Source: Porphyridium purpureum (Eukaryota). From it: 64,000 nt of DNA. Each line of letters opens with the position of its first letter. The stretch's first letter is position 1. The position numbers and the translations under genes are program-made. Positions 22,564-32,055 of the stretch are shown piece by piece. The notes below the pieces were generated by a model. That model made no database searches. It worked only from the letters and a program-made list of their open reading frames with translations, and was not told where the DNA came from. The stretch spans positions 62,001 to 126,000 of the forward strand of contig VRMN01000002.1 in NCBI GenBank assembly GCA_008690995.1. Direction: 5' to 3'.

Positions 22564-22967
22564 GCGACGCTATCAGGTGGCACGCTGTGTCGCAAGAGGG
22601 ATGTGCGCGTCGCCTGACGGCACAGGTCTGGCGCAAATCGAGCAAGGTTCAATACAATAGTCAGTGGCGTGGGGTTCGTGCTCAGAATACTGCGGTGTCA
22701 TTTGTCAATCTCAAGCTCGTTGGGTCATGTGCGGTTTTACCAAGTCACTCCAGATATCCAAGGAAAGCGGACATCGCCCCCGTTATGAGTAGCCGAGCCG
22801 GAAAGATGCTACAGCTACCTCCCACGAGTTCAAGAAACGTATAAGATTCCGGTCACACACCGGGTAGCGCGGCGATTCAAATACAAAAGAGAACCAAAAA
22901 AGAAAAAAAGAGAAAAAGCAGACGTCCCGCGGGGGAAAGGAAAGCACAACCATAGCCGAGCAAAGCA

Positions 22968-25538
22968 CTATTTGCCTCCAAACATCGCAAAAGCATTCTT
23001 AAAGCTGGACCCTGCATCGTCCGCTGGTGGATCCGCCCGTGCGTCTACGGGGACTGTTTCGGGCGCCGCTACCGCCACATTCTCAACGATGTCCTCTGGC
23101 TCTTTCACCGCCGACCCACTGCCATCAAACGCACTCATCATGTCCTTGACTGACTTACCCCGCGAGATCTCACGGTCTGGCACGACGCCTCTCTCCTCCG
23201 GCGCGCTTGGCGATGAGCCGTCAAACGCACCCATAAGATCCCTGATCGACTTGGTGCGTGGCGCTTCTGGAACCGCCTCCTCAATAGACTCGGTCAGCTT
23301 TGGAGCCGTCGCTGCTGCTTCCGGTTCTACGACATCTTCCGAGTCAGACAGAGGCATTGCGACCTTTTCGTTAAACATCGCAAATCGCGACTTCATCTCG
23401 TCCGAGTGCTCAACTGGAATTGTCTTCTTTTCTTCCACTTGCGACCCCATATTGTTTTCAAACATCGCGAACCTTGACGCCAGCGAATTCTTGGCGGGTG
23501 CCGGTGCGACTTCTTCTTCGGTCGGAGGCGCCTCTTCTGCCACCGATGCCATCGCCTGGTCTTGTGCGAGAGCTGCGGACTCGTTGTCTGCTCCAGCGCC
23601 GCCCTCAAACCCGGTGGACAGACCACGCACCGTGCCCTTCGACAGGGCATCTTCTGTCGCAGCATCTCCACTGTCAGTATCGATAGGCGGTGCCCTCGTT
23701 GCGAATGCAACATCTTCTGAATCATTAGCGGCAGCATCGCCCGGCTGTTCATCCTCCACGTCCGCCTCCTCACCCTCCAGAATTTCCGAATCTGGTTCCA
23801 AGGCTGCATCGCCATCCACTGCCTCCTCATCATCTTGCTGCGCGACGTCGGCTTCATCTTCCTGTGGCGCGAAGACGACGGCCGGGTCATACTCTGGTGC
23901 AAGCTCACCGTCGTCGTCCAGCTCATAGAAATCAGAAATGTCGACGGCGTCAAGCGGCTCAGCAAACGAAATCATGGAGCGCGTGCCGTTCTTTTCCGGC
24001 AGCGGGACCGAGTGCATGAGCCGGGCGTTGCGCGCTGATACCTTCCACTTTTTGAAAATGCGAGACTCCTCCGAGAATGTGAGCAGGTTGAGCACTTTCC
24101 CGCCGTCCACCTCGCGAGTTGGCAGCAGAGCCATGACACCCACCGGCTCGCCGGCATGCGGCACAAACGCCAAAAGCGCTTCGCAGCTGTTTACGTCCCA
24201 CAGTACCACTTTGCCGTCCTCACCCGCAGAGAAGGCCAAGTTGTCGTTCACCCAGCAAAACTCGAGTGGTGTGCCCGTATGGCCTACCGTAGACACGTTC
24301 ACCGTCTCGTCGGACAGCACGGTGGTCACGCTTTCCGGGGCCGGACCATAAAAGTTGCCTTCATCGTCCATGAACGGAAGCGCCGACTCATCTCGCTCAA
24401 AGGCCCGAAGCTTGGCAGACTCGGTACGCACAGGGGGCACGGCGGCCTCTCGACTCTTCACGCTATCGCGAGCAGCCTCAACCTCAGCGTCAGAATCCGC
24501 ATCGGAATCCACATCGGAGTCCTCATTGGCCACGTCGGCAGCCATGGCGGCTGTGTCTTCCGGATCAAGTGCCTGATCCATTTGATCATCCGCATTCTCC
24601 TCGGCCTCCTCTTCCGCTACGGCAGCGCTCACTGCGTTACTTTCAAACTTTTGCGACAAACTGCGTACCGTAGATCCGTGCGATTTGGGCTCTTCGTGTT
24701 CTGCCTCGGCTAGCACTGCGTCACCATCTTCATCCTCGTCCTCATCTTCATCGGCTTCCACCGCAGCAGCCGTCGCCACGGCGGCCGCTTCCACCGATCC
24801 CCCTTCAAACCTCTGTGACAGGCTGCGCACACCGACAGAGCTCTGCGACTTGGGCTCCTCTTCGACAGGCGCTGACATCATTCCCGACGCGGATTCTGGC
24901 TCTGAAGCCATATCGGTCACCGCGCCTTGCTCAAACCTCTGCGACAGACTCTTTACCATGTCCGTACTGCCAGTCGTAACCGTCCGCTCCGGCATGGAAT
25001 CATCGTCGTTCACTGGCGTTCGCGGGCCCTCGGAGTACTTTTGCGACAGACCCCTGACCATATCCGAGCTGCCGCCTGTGACCACGCGCTCTGGCATGGG
25101 GTCGGCTTGCGCTGGCGTCGTGGAGCCCTCAGAGTACTTTTGCGACAGGCTCTTGATCAGCGGCGTCTGGGTGTCCTGCGCAGTTTCTGGGACCATAAAC
25201 TTCTGCGAAAGACTGCGCACGCCGCCGCCGCCACTGCTGCTGCTCGTGGGCGTCGCAGCAGAGGCCTCGACCGGCGCCGCCTCGAACTTTTGCGACGCGC
25301 TCTTGAACATGCTGCTGCTGCTCGGGATCGCCGCGGCGGCCTCAGTGGCGACGTCCGGTTTCGACCCGCTGCTCTCAAACTTTTGTGACAGGCTGCGCAC
25401 GCCCTCAGACACGCTGACGGCGGGCGCATCCGCCGCGACCTCGCGCGCGGCGTCTGGCGACGCGTTTGCAAATCCTTGCTCGAACTTTTGCGACAGCGAC
25501 TTGGCATACCCCGGCGGGGGCATCGCGTCCTCGTCCAT
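22968..25538 (-). CDS. Acidic low-complexity protein with repeated (V/I)(R/K)SLSQ(K/R)FE motifs and a partial WD40 region
   Basis: 856-aa ORF; about 10 SLSQKFE-type motifs; GHTGTPLEFCWVNDNLAFSAGEDGKVVLWDV WD40 repeat. Confidence 0.85.
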   Translation of the reverse strand: MDEDAMPPPGYAKSLSQKFEQGFANASPDAAREVAADAPAVSVSEGVRSLSQKFESSGSKPDVATEAAAAIPSSSSMFKSASQKFEAAPVEASAATPTSSSSGGGGVRSLSQKFMVPETAQDTQTPLIKSLSQKYSEGSTTPAQADPMPERVVTGGSSDMVRGLSQKYSEGPRTPVNDDDSMPERTVTTGSTDMVKSLSQRFEQGAVTDMASEPESASGMMSAPVEEEPKSQSSVGVRSLSQRFEGGSVEAAAVATAAAVEADEDEDEDEDGDAVLAEAEHEEPKSHGSTVRSLSQKFESNAVSAAVAEEEAEENADDQMDQALDPEDTAAMAADVANEDSDVDSDADSDAEVEAARDSVKSREAAVPPVRTESAKLRAFERDESALPFMDDEGNFYGPAPESVTTVLSDETVNVSTVGHTGTPLEFCWVNDNLAFSAGEDGKVVLWDVNSCEALLAFVPHAGEPVGVMALLPTREVDGGKVLNLLTFSEESRIFKKWKVSARNARLMHSVPLPEKNGTRSMISFAEPLDAVDISDFYELDDDGELAPEYDPAVVFAPQEDEADVAQQDDEEAVDGDAALEPDSEILEGEEADVEDEQPGDAAANDSEDVAFATRAPPIDTDSGDAATEDALSKGTVRGLSTGFEGGAGADNESAALAQDQAMASVAEEAPPTEEEVAPAPAKNSLASRFAMFENNMGSQVEEKKTIPVEHSDEMKSRFAMFNEKVAMPLSDSEDVVEPEAAATAPKLTESIEEAVPEAPRTKSIRDLMGAFDGSSPSAPEERGVVPDREISRGKSVKDMMSAFDGSGSAVKEPEDIVENVAVAAPETVPVDARADPPADDAGSSFKNAFAMFGGK

Positions 25539-25986
25539 CGTGCCTCTGCGTCTCCTTGATCCCTGAGCTCCCTACGCTCCCTCGCGAATCGCCGCCCGTC
25601 TCCGAGGCAGATGCAAGCCCACCTACCCACCAACGCCGCGTGCACGCGCCCACTCCTTCCCCGCCCCCCCCCGACCCGCGCGCGCGCTCTGAACAACAAT
25701 CACGCACGCACAGCTCTTCTCCCGCTCTTTCCCTTCGTTCGGTTGAAAGTACGTGAACGTGTACCTCCCCATCCCCCCGATTCCTATCAAAACAACACCG
25801 CCTGCTTATCAAGACGCCGTGGCGCCGTCTATTTTTACGTGAGGCGGCAGTAGCGGTTTTTACTTGCGCATTTGTGGGGGGGTTCAGTGCGGCTGCGGGG
25901 GGTTCAGTGCGCGTTTCATACTAAAACGCGCGCTCCCGATGATCGCAGCACGAGCGCGCGCGGACCGTTTCGTTTTGCGGCAAGGC

Positions 25987-26283
25987 TGTTGTGGGTTTTA
26001 GGGTTTGCCGACATGTTGTAGCACCGCAGAACATTCTAGATGCTGGTGCTGATGCACGCGTCCTGCGGCGGTAGGCGCTCCTGTGCCCGAGCAGGGAATT
26101 TGGTAGTGACGAGATTGCGGCTTTGCGGGTATAAAAGCGTGCTCTGGCGAGCGACCCGGCGGCGGCGTAATGGAGAAGAAGGGCTACGGATTTAGGGAGT
26201 GAAAAGCGTAACTTTGCACTGACGAGTATAAGTTGTTTGTTTTTTCTTAGACGAACATCTCAGTAGTGACAGAAACCATAACA
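25987..26283 (+). repeat. Copia 5' LTR
   Basis: TGTTGTGGGTTT...AAACCATAACA; I count 3 substitutions versus the 3' LTR; TATAAAA at 26130-26136. Confidence 0.97.
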
Positions 26284-26300
26284 CAAAGTTACTCTTTGCG

Positions 26301-27524
26301 ATGGCTCCCAAGGGACAGCCAACTGCGGCCGCAAGGGGCGGCGCAGGAGCGCGCGGCGGGGCCGCGGCGAGGCACAGAATCCTTACGTCGACGAGGACAG
26401 GCAAGCAGCAGACCGGGGGGGTTGCCAAATTGCCGACCTTGCGCTACCTACCGCGCGGCGAACTTCCTGCGGTTGAGGTTGTGACTTGGTTTAAAGCACT
26501 GGAGACGCACTCGCAGCGAGAGTACGGCGAAGTAGCGCGTCTTTTCTATCTTGGGGAAGGTGGAATGACATACCCAGTGTATGAAGACATCTCCGTCATT
26601 GGCCAGGATGAGGCCGTGATTGTGGATCCGTCGAGCGTTGAGTCCTTCGTGGCCCGAGAAAGGGTCAAGCATCAGATAGCACATTACTACAAGAAAACGA
26701 ACGAGCTGGAAGAACACAAAAGGCAAGTGTTCGGGCTCATCAGAGGCCAACTGAGCTTGGAGTCGGAAGCAGCGATTGTCAGGGTTGCAGGTATGGAAGC
26801 TGTCATGGTGGACGGGAACGACCCGAAGAAGCTGCTGGAGGCCATACTGTCGACACATCTGACGAAGGGAGCGAAAAGCTTGGTTGAGAATCAGAGCCAC
26901 GCCAGGAAGCAATACGATTCGCTCGCGGTGGGTGTTGGCGAAGGGTTGACGGCGTTCAAGGGCAGGTTTTATGCAGCGATCCGAGCCATGATTGTGGTCG
27001 GGGAGGCACCTCCCGATCAGGCGCGACAGACCGTGGACTTCCTGGGCAAGCTTCAGATGAGCACGCAGTACCGAGAGCCGGTAGTGTGGTTGAAGAACTC
27101 TCAGACCGACATGAACACGGTTGAAGAGGCGGTGTTCGAGGTAGGCGAGTACGTGTCGCCCATGTGGCAAAACCGCCCTCGCCCCGGCACAACATTCGCC
27201 GCGGGTGGTGCTCGGGAGAGTGATAGCGACACCGAGGATGCAAAAGCGGCAAAGCCCGACAGAGCATTTAAAGGCAAATGCTATGGTTGCGGCCAGTTCG
27301 GGCACATGTTTGCAAATTGCGACGTCGCCGCACCTGCGGCCGGCCGCCGAGCGCACCCGGAAGAGGAAACCATAGCTCTGCTGAAGGAGCAAGTTGCCTC
27401 GCTGATGGCCGAACGTGATGCGCCTGTGCGCGCCCACCGTAAGTACAAGAAGAAGACGGGGGCCGCACTGCTTGGCGGGCTAAGCGTGCTGGACGACGAA
27501 AGCACGTCTGAAAACGATGAGTGA
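26301..27524 (+). CDS. gag: Copia Gag with CCHC zinc knuckle
   Basis: CYGCGQFGHMFANC; ATG 17 nt after the LTR; ends in TGA, in frame with pol. Confidence 0.92.
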   Translation: MAPKGQPTAAARGGAGARGGAAARHRILTSTRTGKQQTGGVAKLPTLRYLPRGELPAVEVVTWFKALETHSQREYGEVARLFYLGEGGMTYPVYEDISVIGQDEAVIVDPSSVESFVARERVKHQIAHYYKKTNELEEHKRQVFGLIRGQLSLESEAAIVRVAGMEAVMVDGNDPKKLLEAILSTHLTKGAKSLVENQSHARKQYDSLAVGVGEGLTAFKGRFYAAIRAMIVVGEAPPDQARQTVDFLGKLQMSTQYREPVVWLKNSQTDMNTVEEAVFEVGEYVSPMWQNRPRPGTTFAAGGARESDSDTEDAKAAKPDRAFKGKCYGCGQFGHMFANCDVAAPAAGRRAHPEEETIALLKEQVASLMAERDAPVRAHRKYKKKTGAALLGGLSVLDDESTSENDE

Positions 27525-30500
27525 CGGGGCGGCACGTTGGGTCCTGAACGGACCCACCGTGCGACAGTGATGCAGAATGCCATGTTTGACCATGGAGAAG
27601 TGGGACTCGACACGTGCTCGAGCGACCACATATATCGGGACAGTAGTTTGCTGGCGGACGTGAAAGAGTCTGACTGTCACCTGTTGGTGAGTGGGATAGA
27701 CTCGTCGTCTGGACTGCTGCTGAAACGAGAAGGATTGGGAAGGTATGGCGTCGCATACACGTCGCATCGCGTGGGAGGAAATGTTGTTTCGCTGGGTAAG
27801 TTGCGAGCGGATGGATACAGAGTAGACTACTTAGCGAACTCTAATTGCTTTAGAGTGAGCGACAGTAAATCTGCATCTTACTTTCAAATGCGACCCGACT
27901 TCATTTATACTAATAGAGACAACACCCTTGACTCTGCCAACACGCGAAGGGCGGCGGCGTGCCCAGCCATACTGACCACGGTCGGTGAGCGCGAGGCACA
28001 ATTCACACCGAGGCAGGTGGCTGCGGCGAAAGAGGCTTTGGAACTCGTGCGGAAACTAGGATATCCTTCTATTCGCGCGGTGAGGCAAGGAATGATTAGC
28101 GGTGCGATCAAGAACTGCGATGTGACAGTACGCGACATCGATAGAAGCATCGCGCTCTGGGGACCTGCACTTCCTGCCTTGAAAGGACGTACGACGGGTC
28201 ACAAAACACCTGCCGTGCCCGAAGCTCCTCTGACGATGCCGTTCAGGGACGCACAAATGTGTTGCGATATTATGGCCGTGGACCGAAACCTGTTTTTGAT
28301 TTCAGTAGTCAAACCATTTCAGTTTTTCATGGCCACGCCAATTAGGAACAAATCAGCGGAGGACATTCACGCGGCCCTGACGAAGCAGCTGAAGACGTTG
28401 CGTGGGCACCAAGTGATCGTGAGAATGATACACTCGGATCGAGAGAGTGGCGTAAAGGCCGTGGTTGACTGGATGCACGAGAACGGGATATTGCCAGAGT
28501 TGACCGGGGCAGGGGAAGCGGTTCAAGCAGCCGAGCGCGGCATTCGACTGGTGAAAGAACGTGCCCGCGCGGTGATTAGCGGGTTGCCGTTTGTGTTGCC
28601 TCGCCTGCTCGTGCCTGCCCTTGTCGAATATTGCGTTCAGCGCATAAATGGCCTGCAGAGTAGTGTGTCCAGTGGCGCTCTTTCGGGTAGGTCCCCGAAA
28701 GAGGAGATGACGGGTCGTGTATTGGACGCGAAAAGGGACCTTGCCCTCGGGTTCGGGGACTACGTGCAAGTGCACGCCGCGCATGTGGACAATAGCATGG
28801 CAGAGCGCACAGTGGGGTGCATCGCACTACATCCCACTGAAAACTTGTCCGGGGCGTGGAACTTCTTGAATCTGAATACAGTAGCAATGACTGTGCGGCA
28901 AAGCTGGACTAGTTTGCCGACGCCTGATTTTGTACTTGATAGGCTCAACGAGCTCGCGGCGACAAGAGGGCAAGTGGAAGTCGGCATCGAGGGAAATGCG
29001 AGCGTCAGCCTGGACGAGCAACAGCAAGGGCTCCCCGCGGAGGGCGCAGGCGAAGAGGGAGAGTTGGAAGAACAGTCGGAAAACGAACTCCCAGACATGC
29101 TGGAGGGCGATTGGGAAGAGTCGATGGAAGATGGTGGGATACGGGATCCAGAGCATGCGATGAAGTCGAGCAAAGCATCTGTGACACCGGATGGTGAGGT
29201 GGAAGTTGAAGTGGCTGAGCAGAGGGACGTTCCGAGCGTCACGGACCTTCCAGCCGTGATGGAGCGGCTTGATGCAGAACACGAGACGCGAGAAGGTGGA
29301 ACTCTGGACCCTAAGAATGCTTTGCAACAGAGTCCGTCCATGGATACGTTCGTGAGTGCGGACCGTCGCGAACAAAGAAATATGACGGTAGTCTCAAATG
29401 CTCAGAATGCTTTGGAAGATCAAATTGGCTGCACGCGTGAGCTCAATGAGCCTCGAGGCGAACGACCGGGGGAATTGCGCAGTGTTGCGGGTCGGACGTC
29501 CGATAAGGCAGGCATAGATGAGCCGAGAGCGCAGATAGCTGGGAAACGAACACAAGATAACACAGGTGACGATTGGGAGCGCAACCTGCGCACGCGCATT
29601 ATGCCAGCGCGCATGCCGCACGAAACGGATAGTGCTGGACACGCAGAACAGCGGACCGGTCTGGCACGAAAAGCAAGTTTAGGTGCTCCGCAAGACACGG
29701 TGTTGTTTAAGTCTGAGGGACCAACGAGCGCAGCGAGTCGGAAAGCGTCGCGCCACGGCCCCAGGCGGAGCCTGCGGCCGGGGGTACAGTTGGAGGTACA
29801 GTGCCCTACTACTGATCCCGGGACTGCCGACGCTGTGCTGAGGGGCGCTGTAATCGATGCTCGGCTTGCTGAACTCGAGACTCGAGAGCGTCAGCTGCTG
29901 AGGGCCATAAGACTGGCCTCTATTGAGAAGCGATTGAAGGAAATCGATGCCAGGGAAGAAGAGCTGAGGCTGGAGAAACGGCTGAAGCGAAAATCTCGGG
30001 AGGCGGGGAACGATGAACACGCCGAGGACGATGCAGAAGCGGCGTCGACAAAACGCGCCAGGGCATTCGTGGTGAAGGCGGTCCGCGCGGGCATGGCGCT
30101 GAACTTATCTGTGAAGAAGGCGGTCAAGAAATTCGGGTCCAAAGCAATGGAAGCAATAGTGCGCGAGGTGGCCCAGTTGGATCAGCGCTACGGGTACGGC
30201 GTTGTGGAGCCTGTCGATACCAAGACCATGACGCCACAAGAGAGAAAGTCCATTATACCGTCACATATGTTTGTGAAGGAGAAACTGGACTCGACTGGGG
30301 CTGTGGAAAAGGTGAAGGCGCGTATTGTGGCAGGTGGCAACAAACAGGACGCCGTCCTGTACCCCGACAGATCGGCGCCCACCGCGGCCACAGATAGCGT
30401 TCTGATCTTGGCTGCCATTGCGGCGAGAGAAGGCAGATCCGTTGGGAAAATGGATTTCCCCGGCGCGTTCCTTCACGCGCCGATGCCCGCCGACGTGCCG

Positions 30501-31697
30501 GCCACTCATATGAGAATTGATAGCTTCCTGGCTGACGTGCTAGTCCGACTGGATCAAAAGTACGAACAGTATTTGCGAAAGGATGGGTCACTCGTTGTCA
30601 AGCTGACGAAAGCGTTGTATGGCACTTTGATCGCGGCACGACAATGGTACATGAAAGTTGCGGGGCTGTTCGAGGATCTGGGATTCGTGGTAAATCCTTA
30701 TGATGCATGTGTGTTTAATCGGGAGTCCGTGTCGATGATTCTCCACGTGGACGATGTCATGCTATTCGGCAAGTCGGAGGCTGCGGTGAAAGGTGTCATG
30801 AAAGAAGTTAGAGACAAGTACCCGGGACTGACGTGCGAAACCGGAGTCAAGATCGATTATCTCGGAATGCTGTTTGACTTTCGAAAAAAGGGATTCGTGA
30901 CCATCAGTATGCAGGGGTATGTTGATGCGCTCATTGAGGAGAGCGGCACGAGAGGCACCGCCAAAACGCCAGCAGGCGCTTCTCTGTACGAAGTGCGCAG
31001 CGATGCAGTTGGTCTCGGTGCAGAGCGAGCCAGAAGGTACCACACCCTAGTCTGCAAACTTCTGTATTTGGCCAAGCGCATACGACCAGACTTGCTCACA
31101 ACGGTGGCAATGTTGGTGACGAGGACGGATAAGCCGAGCGTAGATGATGAAATGAAGCTGAGCCGCGCTCTCAAGTACCTCAACGGTACCCGCGGCCTGC
31201 ATCTGACTTTGGGCGCGAGTGATGAGCTTGCAGTAATAGGAGCGGTGGACGCTTCATTCGCGGTGCATGCTGACTGCAAAAGTGTCAGCGGCACAGCAGT
31301 GACACTCGGGCGCGGGACCATATTTGCGAAAAGCGCAAAGCAGCGGCTGGTGACCAGAAGTTCGACAGAAGCGGAACTAGTCGGAGCCAGCGAAGCGCTC
31401 GGACAAGTGTTGTGGACAGCAAACTTTCTCAAGTCGCAGGGGTACAAGGTCAAGGAAAGCGTGATTTTACAAGACAATCTGTCCACGATTGCCATGTTGC
31501 AGCGCGGAAGGTCGAATTCTGCGAGGACCAGACACGTGAATATCCGTTATTATTTCGTGCACGACTACCTGAGGCGCGGCGAACTGAGAATAGAGCACTG
31601 TCCGTCCCAGGACCTTGTGGCAGATATACTCACGAAGCCGATCCAGGGTGATCGTTTTGTGAGGTTAAGAGACAAGTTGTTGGGTGTCACGGAGTGA
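27525..31697 (+). CDS. pol: Copia Pol (protease, integrase, RT, RNase H), in frame with gag
   Basis: PR LDTCSSDH; IN CCDIMAV...HSDRE...AERGIR; RT KARIVAGG, MDFPGAFL, KALYG, LHVDD; RH DASFAVH, SSTEAEL, QDN, ADILTKP. Confidence 0.97.
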   Translation, partial: RGGTLGPERTHRATVMQNAMFDHGEVGLDTCSSDHIYRDSSLLADVKESDCHLLVSGIDSSSGLLLKREGLGRYGVAYTSHRVGGNVVSLGKLRADGYRVDYLANSNCFRVSDSKSASYFQMRPDFIYTNRDNTLDSANTRRAAACPAILTTVGEREAQFTPRQVAAAKEALELVRKLGYPSIRAVRQGMISGAIKNCDVTVRDIDRSIALWGPALPALKGRTTGHKTPAVPEAPLTMPFRDAQMCCDIMAVDRNLFLISVVKPFQFFMATPIRNKSAEDIHAALTKQLKTLRGHQVIVRMIHSDRESGVKAVVDWMHENGILPELTGAGEAVQAAERGIRLVKERARAVISGLPFVLPRLLVPALVEYCVQRINGLQSSVSSGALSGRSPKEEMTGRVLDAKRDLALGFGDYVQVHAAHVDNSMAERTVGCIALHPTENLSGAWNFLNLNTVAMTVRQSWTSLPTPDFVLDRLNELAATRGQVEVGIEGNASVSLDEQQQGLPAEGAGEEGELEEQSENELPDMLEGDWEESMEDGGIRDPEHAMKSSKASVTPDGEVEVEVAEQRDVPSVTDLPAVMERLDAEHETREGGTLDPKNALQQSPSMDTFVSADRREQRNMTVVSNAQNALEDQIGCTRELNEPRGERPGELRSVAGRTSDKAGIDEPRAQIAGKRTQDNTGDDWERNLRTRIMPARMPHETDSAGHAEQRTGLARKASLGAPQDTVLFKSEGPTSAASRKASRHGPRRSLRPGVQLEVQCPTTDPGTADAVLRGAVIDARLAELETRERQLLRAIRLASIEKRLKEIDAREEELRLEKRLKRKSREAGNDEHAEDDAEAASTKRARAFVVKAVRAGMALNLSVKKAVKKFGSKAMEAIVREVAQLDQRYGYGVVEPVDTKTMTPQERKSIIPSHMFVKEKLDSTGAVEKVKARIVAGGNKQDAVLYPDRSAPTAATDSVLILAAIAAREGRSVGKMDFPGAFLHAPMPADVPATHMRIDSFLADVLVRLDQKYEQYLRKDGSLVVKLTKALYGTLIAARQWYMKVAGLFEDLGFVVNPYDACVFNRESVSMILHVDDVMLFGKSEAAVKGVMKEVRDKYPGLTCETGVKIDYLGMLFDFRKKGFVTISMQGYVDALIEESGTRGTAKTPAGASLYEVRSDAVGLGAERARRYHTLVCKLLYLAKRIRPDLLTTVAMLVTRTDKPSVDDEMKLSRALKYLNGTRGLHLTLGASDELAVIGAVDASFAVHADCKSVSGTAVTLGRGTIFAKSAKQRLVTRSSTEAELVGASEALGQVLWTANFLKSQGYKVKESVILQDNLSTIAMLQRGRSNSARTRHVNIRYYFVHDYLRRGELRIEHCPSQDLVADILTKPIQGDRFVRLRDKLLGVTE

Positions 31698-31745
31698 CGG
31701 AAGGATCGAATGGCGTGTCGCTGCGCACAGCCATGCTCGTGCAAT

Positions 31746-31758
31746 GAGCGAGGGAGTG
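31746..31758 (+). other. Copia polypurine tract
   Basis: GAGCGAGGGAGTG immediately before the 3' LTR. Confidence 0.75.
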
Positions 31759-32055
31759 TGTTGTGGGTTTTAGGGTTTGCCGACATGTTGTAGCACCGCA
31801 GAACATTCTAGATGCTGGTGCTGATGCACGCGTCCTGCGGCGGTAGGCGCTCCTGTGCCCGAGCAGGGAACTTGGTAGTGACGAGATTGCGGCTTTGCGG
31901 GTATAAAAGCGTGCTCTGGCGAGCGACCAGGCGGCGGCGTAATGGAGAAGAAGGGCTACGGATTTAGGGAGTGAAAAGCGTAACTTTGCACTGACGAGTA
32001 TAAATTGTTTGTTTTTTCTTAGACGAACATCTCAGTAGTGACAGAAACCATAACA
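31759..32055 (+). repeat. Copia 3' LTR
   Basis: Direct repeat of 25987-26283, followed by TSD AAGGC. Confidence 0.97.

Larger units (their letters stand above)
25987..32055 (+). mobile_element. Full-length Ty1/copia LTR retrotransposon (CoDi-like), 6069 bp
   Basis: Two 297-bp TG...CA LTRs; 5-bp TSD AAGGC at 25982-25986 and 32056-32060; gag followed by pol in PR-IN-RT-RH order. Confidence 0.98.

Noticed and set aside
25993..26006. Telomeric repeat array (GGGTTTTAGGGTTT)
   Set aside because: Fewer than two units and part of both LTRs; at most a telo-box.
27522..27562. Selenocysteine UGA with SECIS
   Set aside because: The hairpin lacks the SECIS AUGA/GA core, and the codon is not at a catalytic Cys position.
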